A stretch of DNA of 64,000 nucleotides from an uncultured Chloroflexia bacterium. Its GTDB lineage: Bacteria > Chloroflexota > Limnocylindria > Limnocylindrales > CSP1-4. The stretch lies in assembly GCA_963734535.1 (NCBI GenBank), contig CAVTHS010000010.1, positions 64,001 through 128,000 of the forward strand. Reading direction: 5' to 3'. This document shows, one piece after another, positions 29,594 through 38,158 of the stretch. A model generated the notes under the pieces. It made no database searches. It had not been told where the DNA came from and saw nothing but the letters and a program-made list of their open reading frames with translations. Position 1 is the first letter of the stretch. Every line of letters starts with the position of its first letter. Made by a program: the position numbers and the translations under genes.

Positions 29594-30427
29594 TCATCCG
29601 ATGGCCCGCAGGGTCATCTGGACGGCCGTCAGGGCAAGCACCGCCACGAAGAGGAGACGCAGGAGACGAACGTCGATCCGCTGGGCCACCCGCGAGCCGA
29701 CCATCGCGCCCGCGAAGACGCCGACCGCGGTCGGCCCGGCGACCAGCGGATTGATCCCGTCGCGCATCAGGTAGACGATCGCGGATGCCGAAGCGGTCAC
29801 CCCGATCATCAGGTTGCTGGTGGCGGTCGCGACCTTGAGGGGAACGCGCATGACGAGGTGCATGAGCGGCACCTTGACGATGCCGCCGCCGACGCCGAGC
29901 AGCGCCGAGACGACCCCGGCGAAGATGCTCCCCCCGACCCCCACCCCCAGCCGGATCGGACGGTACCCCGGCCCGGCCAGGGCGGCCCGGAAGGAGGCGG
30001 GCGCCTGCGCCGCGCCGGCAGCATCGTCCGGGTTCTCGATGGAGGGACCGGCGGCGCTCGCGGTGTTCGCGCGTCGTCGCAGCATCGTGACGGCAGTGTA
30101 GACGAGCAGGAGTGCGAACAGGCCGGCGAGCACCCGATCCGGGAGGAGGAAGGCGACGAGGCCGCCGATGAGCGCCCCCGAGGCGGTGAACACCTCCAGG
30201 AGCATCCCGAGGCGCAGGTTGGCGAGGTGGCGCTCCAGGTAGACGCCGGCGGCGGCGCTGCTCGTCACGATCACGCAGACGAGGCTCACCCCGACCGCCG
30301 CGCGGAATTCCAGCCCGAAGCCGAAGGTCAGCAGCGGGACGATGAGGATTCCGCCACCCAGCCCAAGCAGGGACCCGAAGACCCCTGCCCCGAATCCGCC
30401 GCCCGCGAGGAGTAGCAGGACGGTCAC
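29594..30427 (-). CDS. TauE/SafE (TSUP) family transporter
   Basis: GSLLGLGGGILIVP and SALLGVGGGIVKVP repeats, ATATS. Confidence 0.92.
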   Translation of the reverse strand: MTVLLLLAGGGFGAGVFGSLLGLGGGILIVPLLTFGFGLEFRAAVGVSLVCVIVTSSAAAGVYLERHLANLRLGMLLEVFTASGALIGGLVAFLLPDRVLAGLFALLLVYTAVTMLRRRANTASAAGPSIENPDDAAGAAQAPASFRAALAGPGYRPIRLGVGVGGSIFAGVVSALLGVGGGIVKVPLMHLVMRVPLKVATATSNLMIGVTASASAIVYLMRDGINPLVAGPTAVGVFAGAMVGSRVAQRIDVRLLRLLFVAVLALTAVQMTLRAIG

Positions 30428-30466
30428 CCTCCGGCGACCGTCCGCGTCTCCGTCATCGCGGCATGG

Positions 30467-30733
30467 TCAGGGGCGAAGGTGCTGGGGCGCGTACGGCAGC
30501 AGGGCCACCAGCCGGGCCCGCTTGAGCGCCACCGAGAGCTCGCGCTGGTGCGCGGCGCACGTGCCCGTCTTCCGGCGCGGCTCGATCTTGGCGCGCTCGG
30601 AAAGGTAGCGGCGGAGGCGGCTGACCTCCTTGTAGTCGATCTGGACCGTCTTGTCGGCGCAGAACGCGCAGACCTTTCGGCGGCGTCGGTCGCGGTAGTA
30701 GTCATCGCGCTTCTTGCGGGCTGCGGGAGGCAT
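30467..30733 (-). CDS. rpsR: 30S ribosomal protein S18
   Basis: [30 protein letters not shown]...[11 protein letters not shown]. Confidence 0.97.
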   Translation of the reverse strand: MPPAARKKRDDYYRDRRRRKVCAFCADKTVQIDYKEVSRLRRYLSERAKIEPRRKTGTCAAHQRELSVALKRARLVALLPYAPQHLRP

Positions 30734-30790
30734 GCTGTCAGCTCCTGTGGTCGCGGGCGGCACCGGTACGGCGCATGCCCGATGCGATTG

Positions 30791-31255
30791 TCAGAACGGA
30801 AGATCGTCGATGTCGGAGGGGGCGTCGTCCGCCGCGGCCGGGTCGGGCCGCCGGATCGGCGAGACGGTCGCGCCGGCCGGCCTGGGCTCGCCCGGGAACG
30901 GCGGGGCATCGGCACCTTCCTCACGCGGCCGCCGGTCGAGGTTGGTCACCTGGTTGGCGATGAGCTCGGTCGTGTACCGCTTCTGGCCCTGCTGGTCTTC
31001 CCACTGCCGGGTCTGGAGACGGCCCTCGATGTAGACCTTCATGCCCTTGCGAAGGTGCTCGGCGGAGCGTTCGGCGAGCTGCGCCCAGGCAACCACGCGG
31101 AACCACTCCGTCTCCTCCTGCCAGGCGCCATCCTGGCCCTTGTAGTTGCGGTTGACGGCGACCGTGAACTGCGTCACGGCCTGCCCGCCCGGCGTGTACC
31201 GCATCTCGGGATCCCGCCCGAGATTCCCGATGATCATCACCTTGTTCAGGGACAC
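30791..31255 (-). CDS. ssb: Single-stranded DNA-binding protein
   Basis: LNKVMIIGNLGRDPEMRYT, C-terminal DDLPF. Confidence 0.97.
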   Translation of the reverse strand: MSLNKVMIIGNLGRDPEMRYTPGGQAVTQFTVAVNRNYKGQDGAWQEETEWFRVVAWAQLAERSAEHLRKGMKVYIEGRLQTRQWEDQQGQKRYTTELIANQVTNLDRRPREEGADAPPFPGEPRPAGATVSPIRRPDPAAADDAPSDIDDLPF

Positions 31256-31279
31256 CGGAACGCCCTCCTGGGACCTGGG

Positions 31280-31702
31280 TCAGTCGACCGCGGCCGGAGC
31301 GGCTTCGCTCTCGGACTCGTCGATCTGCTCGCCGGTGGGCTCCTCGTCGTCCTCGACATCAGGTTCGGGAACGAGGTCCCCGATGTCGTCGCCCTTGCCG
31401 CGGACGGCCTTGAGCGGTCGATCGACGCGGATCACGAGGTGCCGGATCACGTCCTCGGTGATCAGGAGGGTCCGCTCGAGGTCGGCGATGGAGTCTGCAG
31501 GGGCATCGAAGTGGATGATGTGGTACGACGCCTCGCGGTACCGGTCGATCTGGTACGCGAGTCGGCGACGGCCCCAGGGTGCCGCCTTGACGATCTGTCC
31601 GCCGGCCCCGGCGATCTGCCGGGTGACCTTCTCCAGGAGCGCCTGGACGCGGTCGTCCGGCGCGTCGGGCCGGATCACGAGCATGAGTTCGTAGCGGCGC
31701 AT
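31280..31702 (-). CDS. rpsF: 30S ribosomal protein S6
   Basis: MRRYELMLVIRPD, WGRRRLAYQI; rpsF-ssb-rpsR order. Confidence 0.96.
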   Translation of the reverse strand: MRRYELMLVIRPDAPDDRVQALLEKVTRQIAGAGGQIVKAAPWGRRRLAYQIDRYREASYHIIHFDAPADSIADLERTLLITEDVIRHLVIRVDRPLKAVRGKGDDIGDLVPEPDVEDDEEPTGEQIDESESEAAPAAVD

Positions 31703-31793
31703 GGCCGTTCGACTCCTTCCTGTGGGGTATGCCCCGCTCGTGGCCCCCGGAACCCGGGCCGCCAGGCGGAGCAGAAAGGGCTCGCGGAGTCTA
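31703..31793 (-). promoter_or_regulatory. rpsF promoter (extended -10 TGgTAGACT) and ~80-nt structured leader, possible S6:S18 autoregulatory element
   Basis: TAGACT at 31788-31793; GC-rich leader ending CCCC-ACAGGAAGGAG; element identity inferred from position only. Confidence 0.4.
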
Positions 31794-31870
31794 CCACGAG
31801 CGTGACTGGACTCCGCGCGCCTCATGTATCCTTCGGGGCGTCCTCATCTCCCACGAAGGATCCTGCAAGC

Positions 31871-33088
31871 GTGCCGTCGAGCACCATCCTTGTCCTCGAG
31901 ACGAACGAGGCCGCCATCGCCGCTGTCGAAGGTCCGCTGACCGGGGTGGGCTACCAGGTGGCCGTCACTGCCGACCCGGACGATGCCGTGCGGCGGGCCG
32001 CTGACTTCGCGATCGTCATCCTCGACGTCGGCCTCGGGCCCCGCACCGGCGTCGACATCTGCCGGGAGATCCGCGGGACGGCCGCGCTCTCCGCGATCCC
32101 CGTCCTCTGCGTGAGCCAGTCGACCGACGTCGAGGAGCGGGTCCGCTACCTCGAGGCCGGCGCCGACGACGTCGTGGTGAAGCCGTTCGACCCGCGCGAG
32201 CTCGAGGCTCGCGTCGAGGCGCTCCTGGTCCGCTTCCAGCGCTCGCGCGACCTGGCGCCGCTCGTCCACGCGGACGACGAGGGCCCCGCCCGCCGAAGCA
32301 TCATCGCCTGCTTCAGCCCGAAGGGAGGTGTCGGGACCACGATGATCGCGGTGAGCGTCGCGACCTCCCTCGCCGTCCAGGCGCCTGGCCGCGTCCTCCT
32401 CGTCGACTTCGACCTCCAGTTCGGCCAGGTCGCGACGCATCTCAACCTGAAGCCCCAGCTGACGGTCGCCGACCTCGCCCGCGACGACCAGTCCATGCGC
32501 GAGCCGGACCTGCTGCGGACCTACGCGATCAAGCACGATTCCGGGCTGGAGGTTCTGGCTGCGCCGGGCACCCCGGAATCCGGGCGTGCCATCACTCCCG
32601 AGCACGTGAACCTGTCGCTCTCGACCGCCCGGACCACATACGGCACGGTCGTGATCGACGCGGGCTCGGAGCTCGACGAGCGATCACTCGCGGTCCTGGA
32701 GCGGGCCGAGGCGGTCCTGGTCCCGATCGTGCCGGAGATCGGCGCGCTGAAGGCGCTCCACTCCCTGCTCGAGTACCTCACCGAGGTGGGCTCGGCAGCG
32801 GCGGCGGCCACCTTCGTCCTCAATCACCTCTTCGCGCGCGAGATGCTCTCGATGAAGCAGATCGAGGCGGCGATCGGGACGAAGATCGAGGCCGAGGTTC
32901 CGTACGACCCCGGGCTCTACCTCAAGGCCATCAACGAGGGCATCCCGATCGTCCGCAGCGCGCCGACTTCGTCCCCGGCACGCGCGCTCGCGAGGCTGGC
33001 CGCCATCGCGATCGGCAGACCGGATGACGCCGCGCCGAGTCGCGACGAGCACCGTGGCCGCCTTGGAGCGTTCCGCCGGCGCGCGTGA
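31871..33088 (+). CDS. Receiver domain fused to a CpaE/MinD-like P-loop protein
   Basis: REC (IVILDV, LEAGADDVVVKPF), then FSPKGGVGTT, LVDFDLQFG, VIDAG, AINEGIP. Confidence 0.88.
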   Translation: MPSSTILVLETNEAAIAAVEGPLTGVGYQVAVTADPDDAVRRAADFAIVILDVGLGPRTGVDICREIRGTAALSAIPVLCVSQSTDVEERVRYLEAGADDVVVKPFDPRELEARVEALLVRFQRSRDLAPLVHADDEGPARRSIIACFSPKGGVGTTMIAVSVATSLAVQAPGRVLLVDFDLQFGQVATHLNLKPQLTVADLARDDQSMREPDLLRTYAIKHDSGLEVLAAPGTPESGRAITPEHVNLSLSTARTTYGTVVIDAGSELDERSLAVLERAEAVLVPIVPEIGALKALHSLLEYLTEVGSAAAAATFVLNHLFAREMLSMKQIEAAIGTKIEAEVPYDPGLYLKAINEGIPIVRSAPTSSPARALARLAAIAIGRPDDAAPSRDEHRGRLGAFRRRA

Positions 33089-33115
33089 CCGCCGCGTGGG
33101 CGAGGCAGCCCATGA

Positions 33116-33514
33116 TCAACGGTTCGCGTTGACCGCCGTCTGGCCGGACATCCCGATCGATATCGTCCCCGCCCACGAGCACTGGCACGTGGACGGCGCG
33201 GTCAGCACCGGGACGCCGCCGAGCATCACCACGCTGGATCCGGGCGCCCAGGCCCCGATGGGAACCGGCAGGCAGGGCATCGGCGTATGCACGCCGAGTG
33301 CGGCAGCCGTGGCGGCGATGACCGCGGGGTTCGCGGGTGAGTTGCACATGCCGAATGTCGGGATGTTCGCCATCGGGATCGCATCGGCGATGGTCGCGAC
33401 CGGCTGTCCGCCAGCCGTCACGGGAGTTCCCCTGGGAATGGCGGTCAGCGGCATCGGCGGGCCCAGGCCCATCGTGCAGGACAGCATGGCTGCGTTCACG
33501 ACCACCGGCGGCAT
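33116..33514 (-). CDS. DUF4280 (PAAR-like) protein
   Basis: AMLSCTMG, NIPTFGMCNSPANP, PMPCLP...WAPG, STCQCSWAGTISI...GQ; GGAGAG SD. Confidence 0.85.
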   Translation of the reverse strand: MPPVVVNAAMLSCTMGLGPPMPLTAIPRGTPVTAGGQPVATIADAIPMANIPTFGMCNSPANPAVIAATAAALGVHTPMPCLPVPIGAWAPGSSVVMLGGVPVLTAPSTCQCSWAGTISIGMSGQTAVNANR

Positions 33515-33744
33515 CGTCGTGCTCTCCCCTGCTCCGCGTGGTCCGGGGGCCCGGCGGGCGCTCCCCTGTTCGCTCGCCCCTGAGTGTCGCACCCGGAGGC
33601 ACGCCCGATCGTGCCGCTGACCCTGCCCGTTCGGTCCGGAGTCGCCGGTGCGCCGCCGCGAGGTCCGCCACGGGGCTCGCGGCGGATGCCATGATGGCGG
33701 GTGTGCGCCCCGCTTGAGCGGCACGCTGGAAATGGGAGGAAGTC

Positions 33745-34391
33745 ATGACAATCGATCGCCGGGCGCTCGCCTTCTCGCTCGCCGTTGCCCTGCTCGCCGC
33801 CGCATGCGGCGGCACCGCCGCCACGCCGACACCCGCGGCCTCGCGCCCAGGCCTCGGAGGCTCCAGCGTCCGCGGCGGCGTCCGAGGCCGCCGCCTCGCA
33901 GGAACCCGCGCTCGACTGACAACGGATCGGTCCCCGACGTCTCCCTCGCCCCGGGAACCGCCACGGAGCTCGAGTCGATGCTCCCGTCTACCGTCGGTGG
34001 CGTTGCCTTCGCGAAGACCAGCTTCGGCGGCGGCACGCTGCCGGCCACGATCCCCGTCGACTCCGGCGAGCTTGGCACGTTCCTGCAGGCCAACGGGAAG
34101 ACCCTGGCCGACGTCTCCCTCGCCATGGCGACCCCGACGGACACGTCGAAGGCCGGCACCTTCGTCATGGCCTTCCAGGTGAAGGGCGTCGACGGGACGA
34201 AGCTCGCGGAGGTGCTGGCGGGCATCGGGCGACAGCGGGCTCCAGCGACCACGGTCGGCGGCAAGCAGGTGCAGCAGGCGGGCGCAGGCGGATTTGGGTT
34301 CACCCTCTATGTCAAGGGCGACGTCGTCTTCTACATCCTCGCGATCGGCGACGCATCCCTGACCGAGGGCATCCTGGCGGCCCTCCCGTAA
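33745..34391 (+). CDS. Lipoprotein of unknown function (frameshift near 33840-33910)
   Basis: GGAGG SD; lipobox LLAAACGG; S/P/A linker; globular C-terminal part ELESMLPSTVGG...ILAALP in a second frame. Confidence 0.75.
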
Positions 34392-34687
34392 CGTTCGTTC
34401 CGGCCCTCGCGGCCGCCATCGCCGGCGTCCACCGGCTGGCTCGCTCGCGGCGACGGTTGCCCGTCCGGCGCGAGCGTCGAGCCGTTCGACGTCCGGCCCC
34501 CGCAGCGTGAGGGCTGGTCCGCGCTGACGGCCCATCCAGGGGAACGTCGTGCGGTGACGGGCGTTCTCGTGGCTATTCTCGCGGGGTGCTGGGCTGGGAG
34601 TCGGACACGTCTGACTTCCCGCGACCCGGGCCGCTGGAGCCGCTGGACCTCGCCAGTCGCCGCGTCAGCCGTGCTTTGGGGGGATCG

Positions 34688-34933
34688 ATGTACCTGGTCG
34701 GGCTTCTTGTCATGAGCCAGGTCGCGGACGGGCTCACCTTCACGCTCGCCCATCATGGCGTCGAGCTGAATCCGCTCATGGCCCACCTCGGCGGACTCGT
34801 CCTGCCGGTCAAGCTCGCCGGAGCGACAGTCGTCGGGTTCCTCGCGTGGCGCCTCCGCGGCCACCCGCGGGTCCTTCTCTGGATGGGGGCGGTGGGCTGG
34901 ATCGGTGCGCTCAGCAACTTCACCGGGTACTGA
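34688..34933 (+). CDS. Small membrane protein, DUF5658-like
   Basis: DGLTF...GVELNPLM...K motif in hydrophobic helices; G-rich SD. Confidence 0.6.
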   Translation: MYLVGLLVMSQVADGLTFTLAHHGVELNPLMAHLGGLVLPVKLAGATVVGFLAWRLRGHPRVLLWMGAVGWIGALSNFTGY

Positions 34934-35014
34934 TCGGCCGCGGGGCGCGCCTCGCGCGGGCGTGTCCGGCGCACGTTGGAGTTCCCCTGGATGACGACGG
35001 CCCCCGATCTCGCC

Positions 35015-35359
35015 TCAGACGGCAGGCTCGAAGTAGTAGGTCCCATCCCACTTGAGCACGCCGTCGGGGGAGGTCGTGACCTTGAGGCTGGCATGGAACC
35101 CGGCCAGCCACCCGGTCCCCCGGGAGAAGGTGCACGTCCCGAGGCCGGTTGGGCCCAGGGAACAGTGGCCGCTTGCCGTCGCGCCGTTCGGAGTCACGAG
35201 GACGACCCTGCTGCTCGACACGTTGGCGAACACCGGCCCTGCGTGGGCGGCCACCGTGCCCTGCGGGATCGATCCCGGGGTCGCAGTCCTCACCGTGCAG
35301 CGGTCGGCGGTCGTATCCCACGCCACCGCGAGAACCTTGCGAATCGACCGTATCGACAT
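35015..35359 (-). CDS. Hypothetical beta-rich protein
   Basis: GGAGG SD; GHCSLG...GTCTFSRGTGWLAGFHA...WDGTYYF; protein-like composition. Confidence 0.55.
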   Translation of the reverse strand: MSIRSIRKVLAVAWDTTADRCTVRTATPGSIPQGTVAAHAGPVFANVSSSRVVLVTPNGATASGHCSLGPTGLGTCTFSRGTGWLAGFHASLKVTTSPDGVLKWDGTYYFEPAV

Positions 35360-35487
35360 GTGCGCCTCGGCCGGCGCTCGTCTCGTTTCTCGCGTGTGGC
35401 GGACGAACGACGAGAAGGTGAGACTGTACTCCTTCGGCTCGGACGTTCGCCGGCAGGACGCGATCGTCGCGCGGGGTGCTCTGCGCG

Positions 35488-35574
35488 TGGTACCGAGGGG
35501 GAGATTTGAACTCCCACGCCCTTGCGGGCAGCCGATTTTAAGTCGGCCGCGTCTGCCGGTTCCGCCACCTCGGC
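35488..35574 (-). tRNA. tRNA-Leu(TAA)
   Basis: GCCGAGG acceptor, anticodon arm GCCGA-CTTAAAA-TCGGC, long variable arm, TTCAAAT, CCA. Confidence 0.95.
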
Positions 35575-35591
35575 GTCGAGTCCCGAATTGT

Positions 35592-35616
35592 AACGCCCGC
35601 CGGGGAGGCGGGCGTT
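35592..35616. terminator. GC hairpin between tRNA-Cys and tRNA-Leu
   Basis: aacgcccgcc-gggga-ggcgggcgtt perfect inverted repeat; adjacent TACAAT -10 for tRNA-Leu. Confidence 0.55.
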
Positions 35617-35631
35617 CCGTGCCAGAAGACG

Positions 35632-35707
35632 TGGAGGCGACGGTGGGATTCGGACCCACGCATAGAGGTTTTGCAGACCTCCCCCTTAACCACTTGGGTA
35701 CGTCGCC
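35632..35707 (-). tRNA. tRNA-Cys(GCA)
   Basis: GGCGACG acceptor, GAGGT-CTGCAAA-ACCTC, CCA; T-loop reads TCCGAAT. Confidence 0.93.
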
Positions 35708-35738
35708 CCTGGAGCACCGGTGGGGGAACCGGCGGTGC

Positions 35739-35812
35739 TGGCTGGCCCTCGAGGATTCGAACCTCGGTTCACGGATCCAAAGTCCGCTGTCCTACCGCTA
35801 GACGAAGGGCCA
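35739..35812 (-). tRNA. tRNA-Gln(TTG)
   Basis: TGGCCCT acceptor, GCGGA-CTTTGGA-TCCGT, GTTCGAATC, CCA. Confidence 0.95.
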
Positions 35813-35844
35813 GCGGATCAAGGGCCGCAGTATTCAAGAATGAT

Positions 35845-35920
35845 TGGAGCGGAAGACGGGACTCGAACCCGCGACCCTCACCTTGGCAAGGTGATGCTCT
35901 ACCAACTGAGCCACTTCCGC
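35845..35920 (-). tRNA. tRNA-Gly(GCC)
   Basis: GCGGAAG acceptor, TCACC-TTGCCAA-GGTGA, GTTCGAGTC, CCA. Confidence 0.96.
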
Positions 35921-35942
35921 TCGATGACCGCGTCCGGGGTGG

Positions 35943-36018
35943 TGGTGCCGAGAGGCAGACTTGAACTGCCGACACCGCGATTTTCAGTCGCGTGCTCTAC
36001 CAGCTGAGCTATCTCGGC
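35943..36018 (-). tRNA. tRNA-Phe(GAA)
   Basis: GCCGAGA acceptor, CGCGA-CTGAAAA-TCGCG, GTTCAAGTC, CCA. Confidence 0.96.
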
Positions 36019-36112
36019 CCGCAGGCCCCGCCGGACGTCCGCGCCCGTCGGCGTCCGAGAAGGTACCACGGGCGGCCCCTCGTCGGCAAGGCGGGCCGGC
36101 CCCCGAGGGCGA

Positions 36113-37099
36113 TCAGTCGAGCCCGGCGAGCTCCGTCTGGGCCGCCGACGGGAGCGGCGCCTCGCCGTTGAGGGCGCGGAGCCGGTTGATCCGGTCGACG
36201 ATCGGCGGGTGCGTCGAGAAGAGCCCCTTCGAGCGATTCTCGAACTTCTTGATCGGGTTCGTGAAGTAGAGGTGCTGGGTGGCGCGGTTGGCGACCTCCA
36301 GCACCTCCTTGTCCTCCGAGATCGCGGCGAGGGCCCGTTCGAGGCCCTGCGGGTTCCGGGTGAGCTCGACCGAGGACGCGTCGGCCAGGTACTCGCGCTG
36401 CCGGCTGACCGCCAGCTGGACCAGCCGCGCGAAGAACGGGGCGAGGATGGCCAGCACGATGGCAAGCACGAAGACGATCACCTGGAGACCGCCGCCGCCG
36501 CCGTTCCGGTCGCTGGACGAGCGGCGTCCGCCCCCGAAGCCACCCCAGAACGTGAAACGCAGGAAGAAGTCGGCCAGGAGGGCGACCGTCCCGACCATGA
36601 CCCCGACCAGGAGCGAGTAGCGGATGTCGTAGTTGCGGACGTGCGAGAGCTCGTGGCCGATCACGCCCTGGAGCTCCTCGCGGTCGAGCTTCTGCAGGAG
36701 GCCCGTGGTGATCGCGATGGAGGCATGCCGGGGATCGCGGCCCGTCGCGAAGGCATTGGGTGCCGTATCGTCGATCAGGTAGACGGCCGGCATCGGGATG
36801 GCGGCGGCCAGCGCCATCTCGGTGACGACGTTGATCAGCTGGGGCTGCTGCGCCGCCGTGACGGGTCGCGCCTTCGAGACGCCAAGGACGACCTTGTCGC
36901 CGGTGTAGTAGCTCGCCACCGACGAGACGATGGCGATCACGCCGAAGATGCCCAGCCAGCCGAGCCCCGCGCCCGCCTGGCCGGTCGTGCCGTAGCCGAT
37001 CGCGAAGCCGAGGACCGACAGCAGCGCGACGAGGATGAGCATCAGGAAGAAGGAGTTGCGCCGGTTCGCCGCGATCTGGCTGTAGAAGGTGCCGGCCAT
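36113..37099 (-). CDS. htpX: M48 family Zn metalloprotease HtpX
   Basis: PNAFATG, HELSH, SRQREYLAD, STHPP; downstream of lemA. Confidence 0.93.
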   Translation of the reverse strand: MAGTFYSQIAANRRNSFFLMLILVALLSVLGFAIGYGTTGQAGAGLGWLGIFGVIAIVSSVASYYTGDKVVLGVSKARPVTAAQQPQLINVVTEMALAAAIPMPAVYLIDDTAPNAFATGRDPRHASIAITTGLLQKLDREELQGVIGHELSHVRNYDIRYSLLVGVMVGTVALLADFFLRFTFWGGFGGGRRSSSDRNGGGGGLQVIVFVLAIVLAILAPFFARLVQLAVSRQREYLADASSVELTRNPQGLERALAAISEDKEVLEVANRATQHLYFTNPIKKFENRSKGLFSTHPPIVDRINRLRALNGEAPLPSAAQTELAGLD

Positions 37100-37122
37100 G
37101 GGAAGGACCTGGTGCCCGCCGC

Positions 37123-37689
37123 TCAGCGCAGGCTGACGACGGGAACGTCCTGGGCCTCGGGCTCGGCCGCGAAGAACTCCCGCTTCGTGAAGCCCATGGG
37201 TCCGGCAATGAGGACCGCGGGGATCGTCTGGAGCGTCGTGTTGTAGTCGTTGACGGTCGCGTTGTAGTGCTGGCGGGAGAAGCTGATCTGGTTCTCGGTC
37301 GTGGTCAGCTGCTCCTGCAGGCTCAGGACGTTCTCGTTGGCCTTGAGCTGCGGATAGTTCTCGACGACCGCGAAGAGCGAGCGGAGGGCGCCGGTGAGGG
37401 TGTTCTCCGCCTGGGCCTGCTGGGCCGTGATCTGGCCGCTCGCGCCGGCCGCGACGGCGTTCGCGCGGGCATCGGTCACGCGTGTGAGGACATCCTGCTC
37501 GAAGTCCATGTAGCCCTTGACCGCCGAGACGAGGTTCGGCACGAGGTCGTGACGCCGCTTGAGCTGGACCTCGATCTGCCCGACCGCTTCGTCGACCCGG
37601 TTGCGGCGGGCGACGAGGCCGTTGTAGATCAGGACCCCGGCCAGGGCCACGACGGCGATGATGACCAGCAGGATGACGACAACTTCCAT
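37123..37689 (-). CDS. lemA: LemA family protein
   Basis: YNGLV, VQLKRRHDLVPNLV, ENYPQLKANEN, YNATVNDYN. Confidence 0.95.
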   Translation of the reverse strand: MEVVVILLVIIAVVALAGVLIYNGLVARRNRVDEAVGQIEVQLKRRHDLVPNLVSAVKGYMDFEQDVLTRVTDARANAVAAGASGQITAQQAQAENTLTGALRSLFAVVENYPQLKANENVLSLQEQLTTTENQISFSRQHYNATVNDYNTTLQTIPAVLIAGPMGFTKREFFAAEPEAQDVPVVSLR

Positions 37690-37778
37690 CGGGGCCTCCG
37701 CAGTTCGCTCGGCGCGGCTCGACGGCCGCTGCCACCAGTGTACGGGAGGGAACGCACGGTCCCGGGACGATTACGCGA

Positions 37779-37855
37779 TGGTGGGCGGTGAGGGTTTCGA
37801 ACCCCCGACTTCCTCGGTGTAAGCGAGGCGCTCTAACCAGCTGAGCTAACCGCCC
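37779..37855 (-). tRNA. tRNA-Val(TAC)
   Basis: GGGCGGT acceptor, CCTCG-CTTACAC-CGAGG, GTTCGAAAC, CCA. Confidence 0.95.
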
Positions 37856-37884
37856 GCGATCGGCCGTCCTGCCGGGACATGCGA

Positions 37885-37910
37885 GAGGCGGCTCCGGACG
37901 GAGCCGCCTC
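37885..37910 (-). terminator. Hairpin downstream of tRNA-Leu(GAG)
   Basis: gaggcggctcc-ggac-ggagccgcctc inverted repeat. Confidence 0.55.
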
Positions 37911-37927
37911 GATCAGGTGCAGGTGCG

Positions 37928-38012
37928 TGGTGCCCAGGCCGGGACTTGAACCCGGATGAGTTGCCTCATACGCCCCTCAAACGTACGCGTATACCAATTC
38001 CGCCACCTGGGC
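37928..38012 (-). tRNA. tRNA-Leu(GAG)
   Basis: GCCCAGG acceptor, TACGT-TTGAGGG-GCGTA, long variable arm, CCA. Confidence 0.94.
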
Positions 38013-38047
38013 TCGAGTGCGGCGCACTGTTCGCTTCCCGATCGAGT

Positions 38048-38134
38048 TGGTACCGAGGAAGGGATTTGAACCCATACGCCCTTGCGGACACTAGCTCCTG
38101 AAGCTAGCGCGTCTACCGATTCCGCCACCTCGGC
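38048..38134 (-). tRNA. tRNA-Leu(CAG)
   Basis: GCCGAGG acceptor, CTAGC-TTCAGGA-GCTAG, long variable arm, CCA. Confidence 0.94.
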
Positions 38135-38158
38135 ACGCTGCCGATCAGGCGGCGAGGG

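Noticed and set aside
35488-38134. Near-identical tggtaccgagg...ccgccacctcggc segments as an att duplication
   Set aside because: These are two complete tRNA-Leu isoacceptors, and no integrase lies between them.
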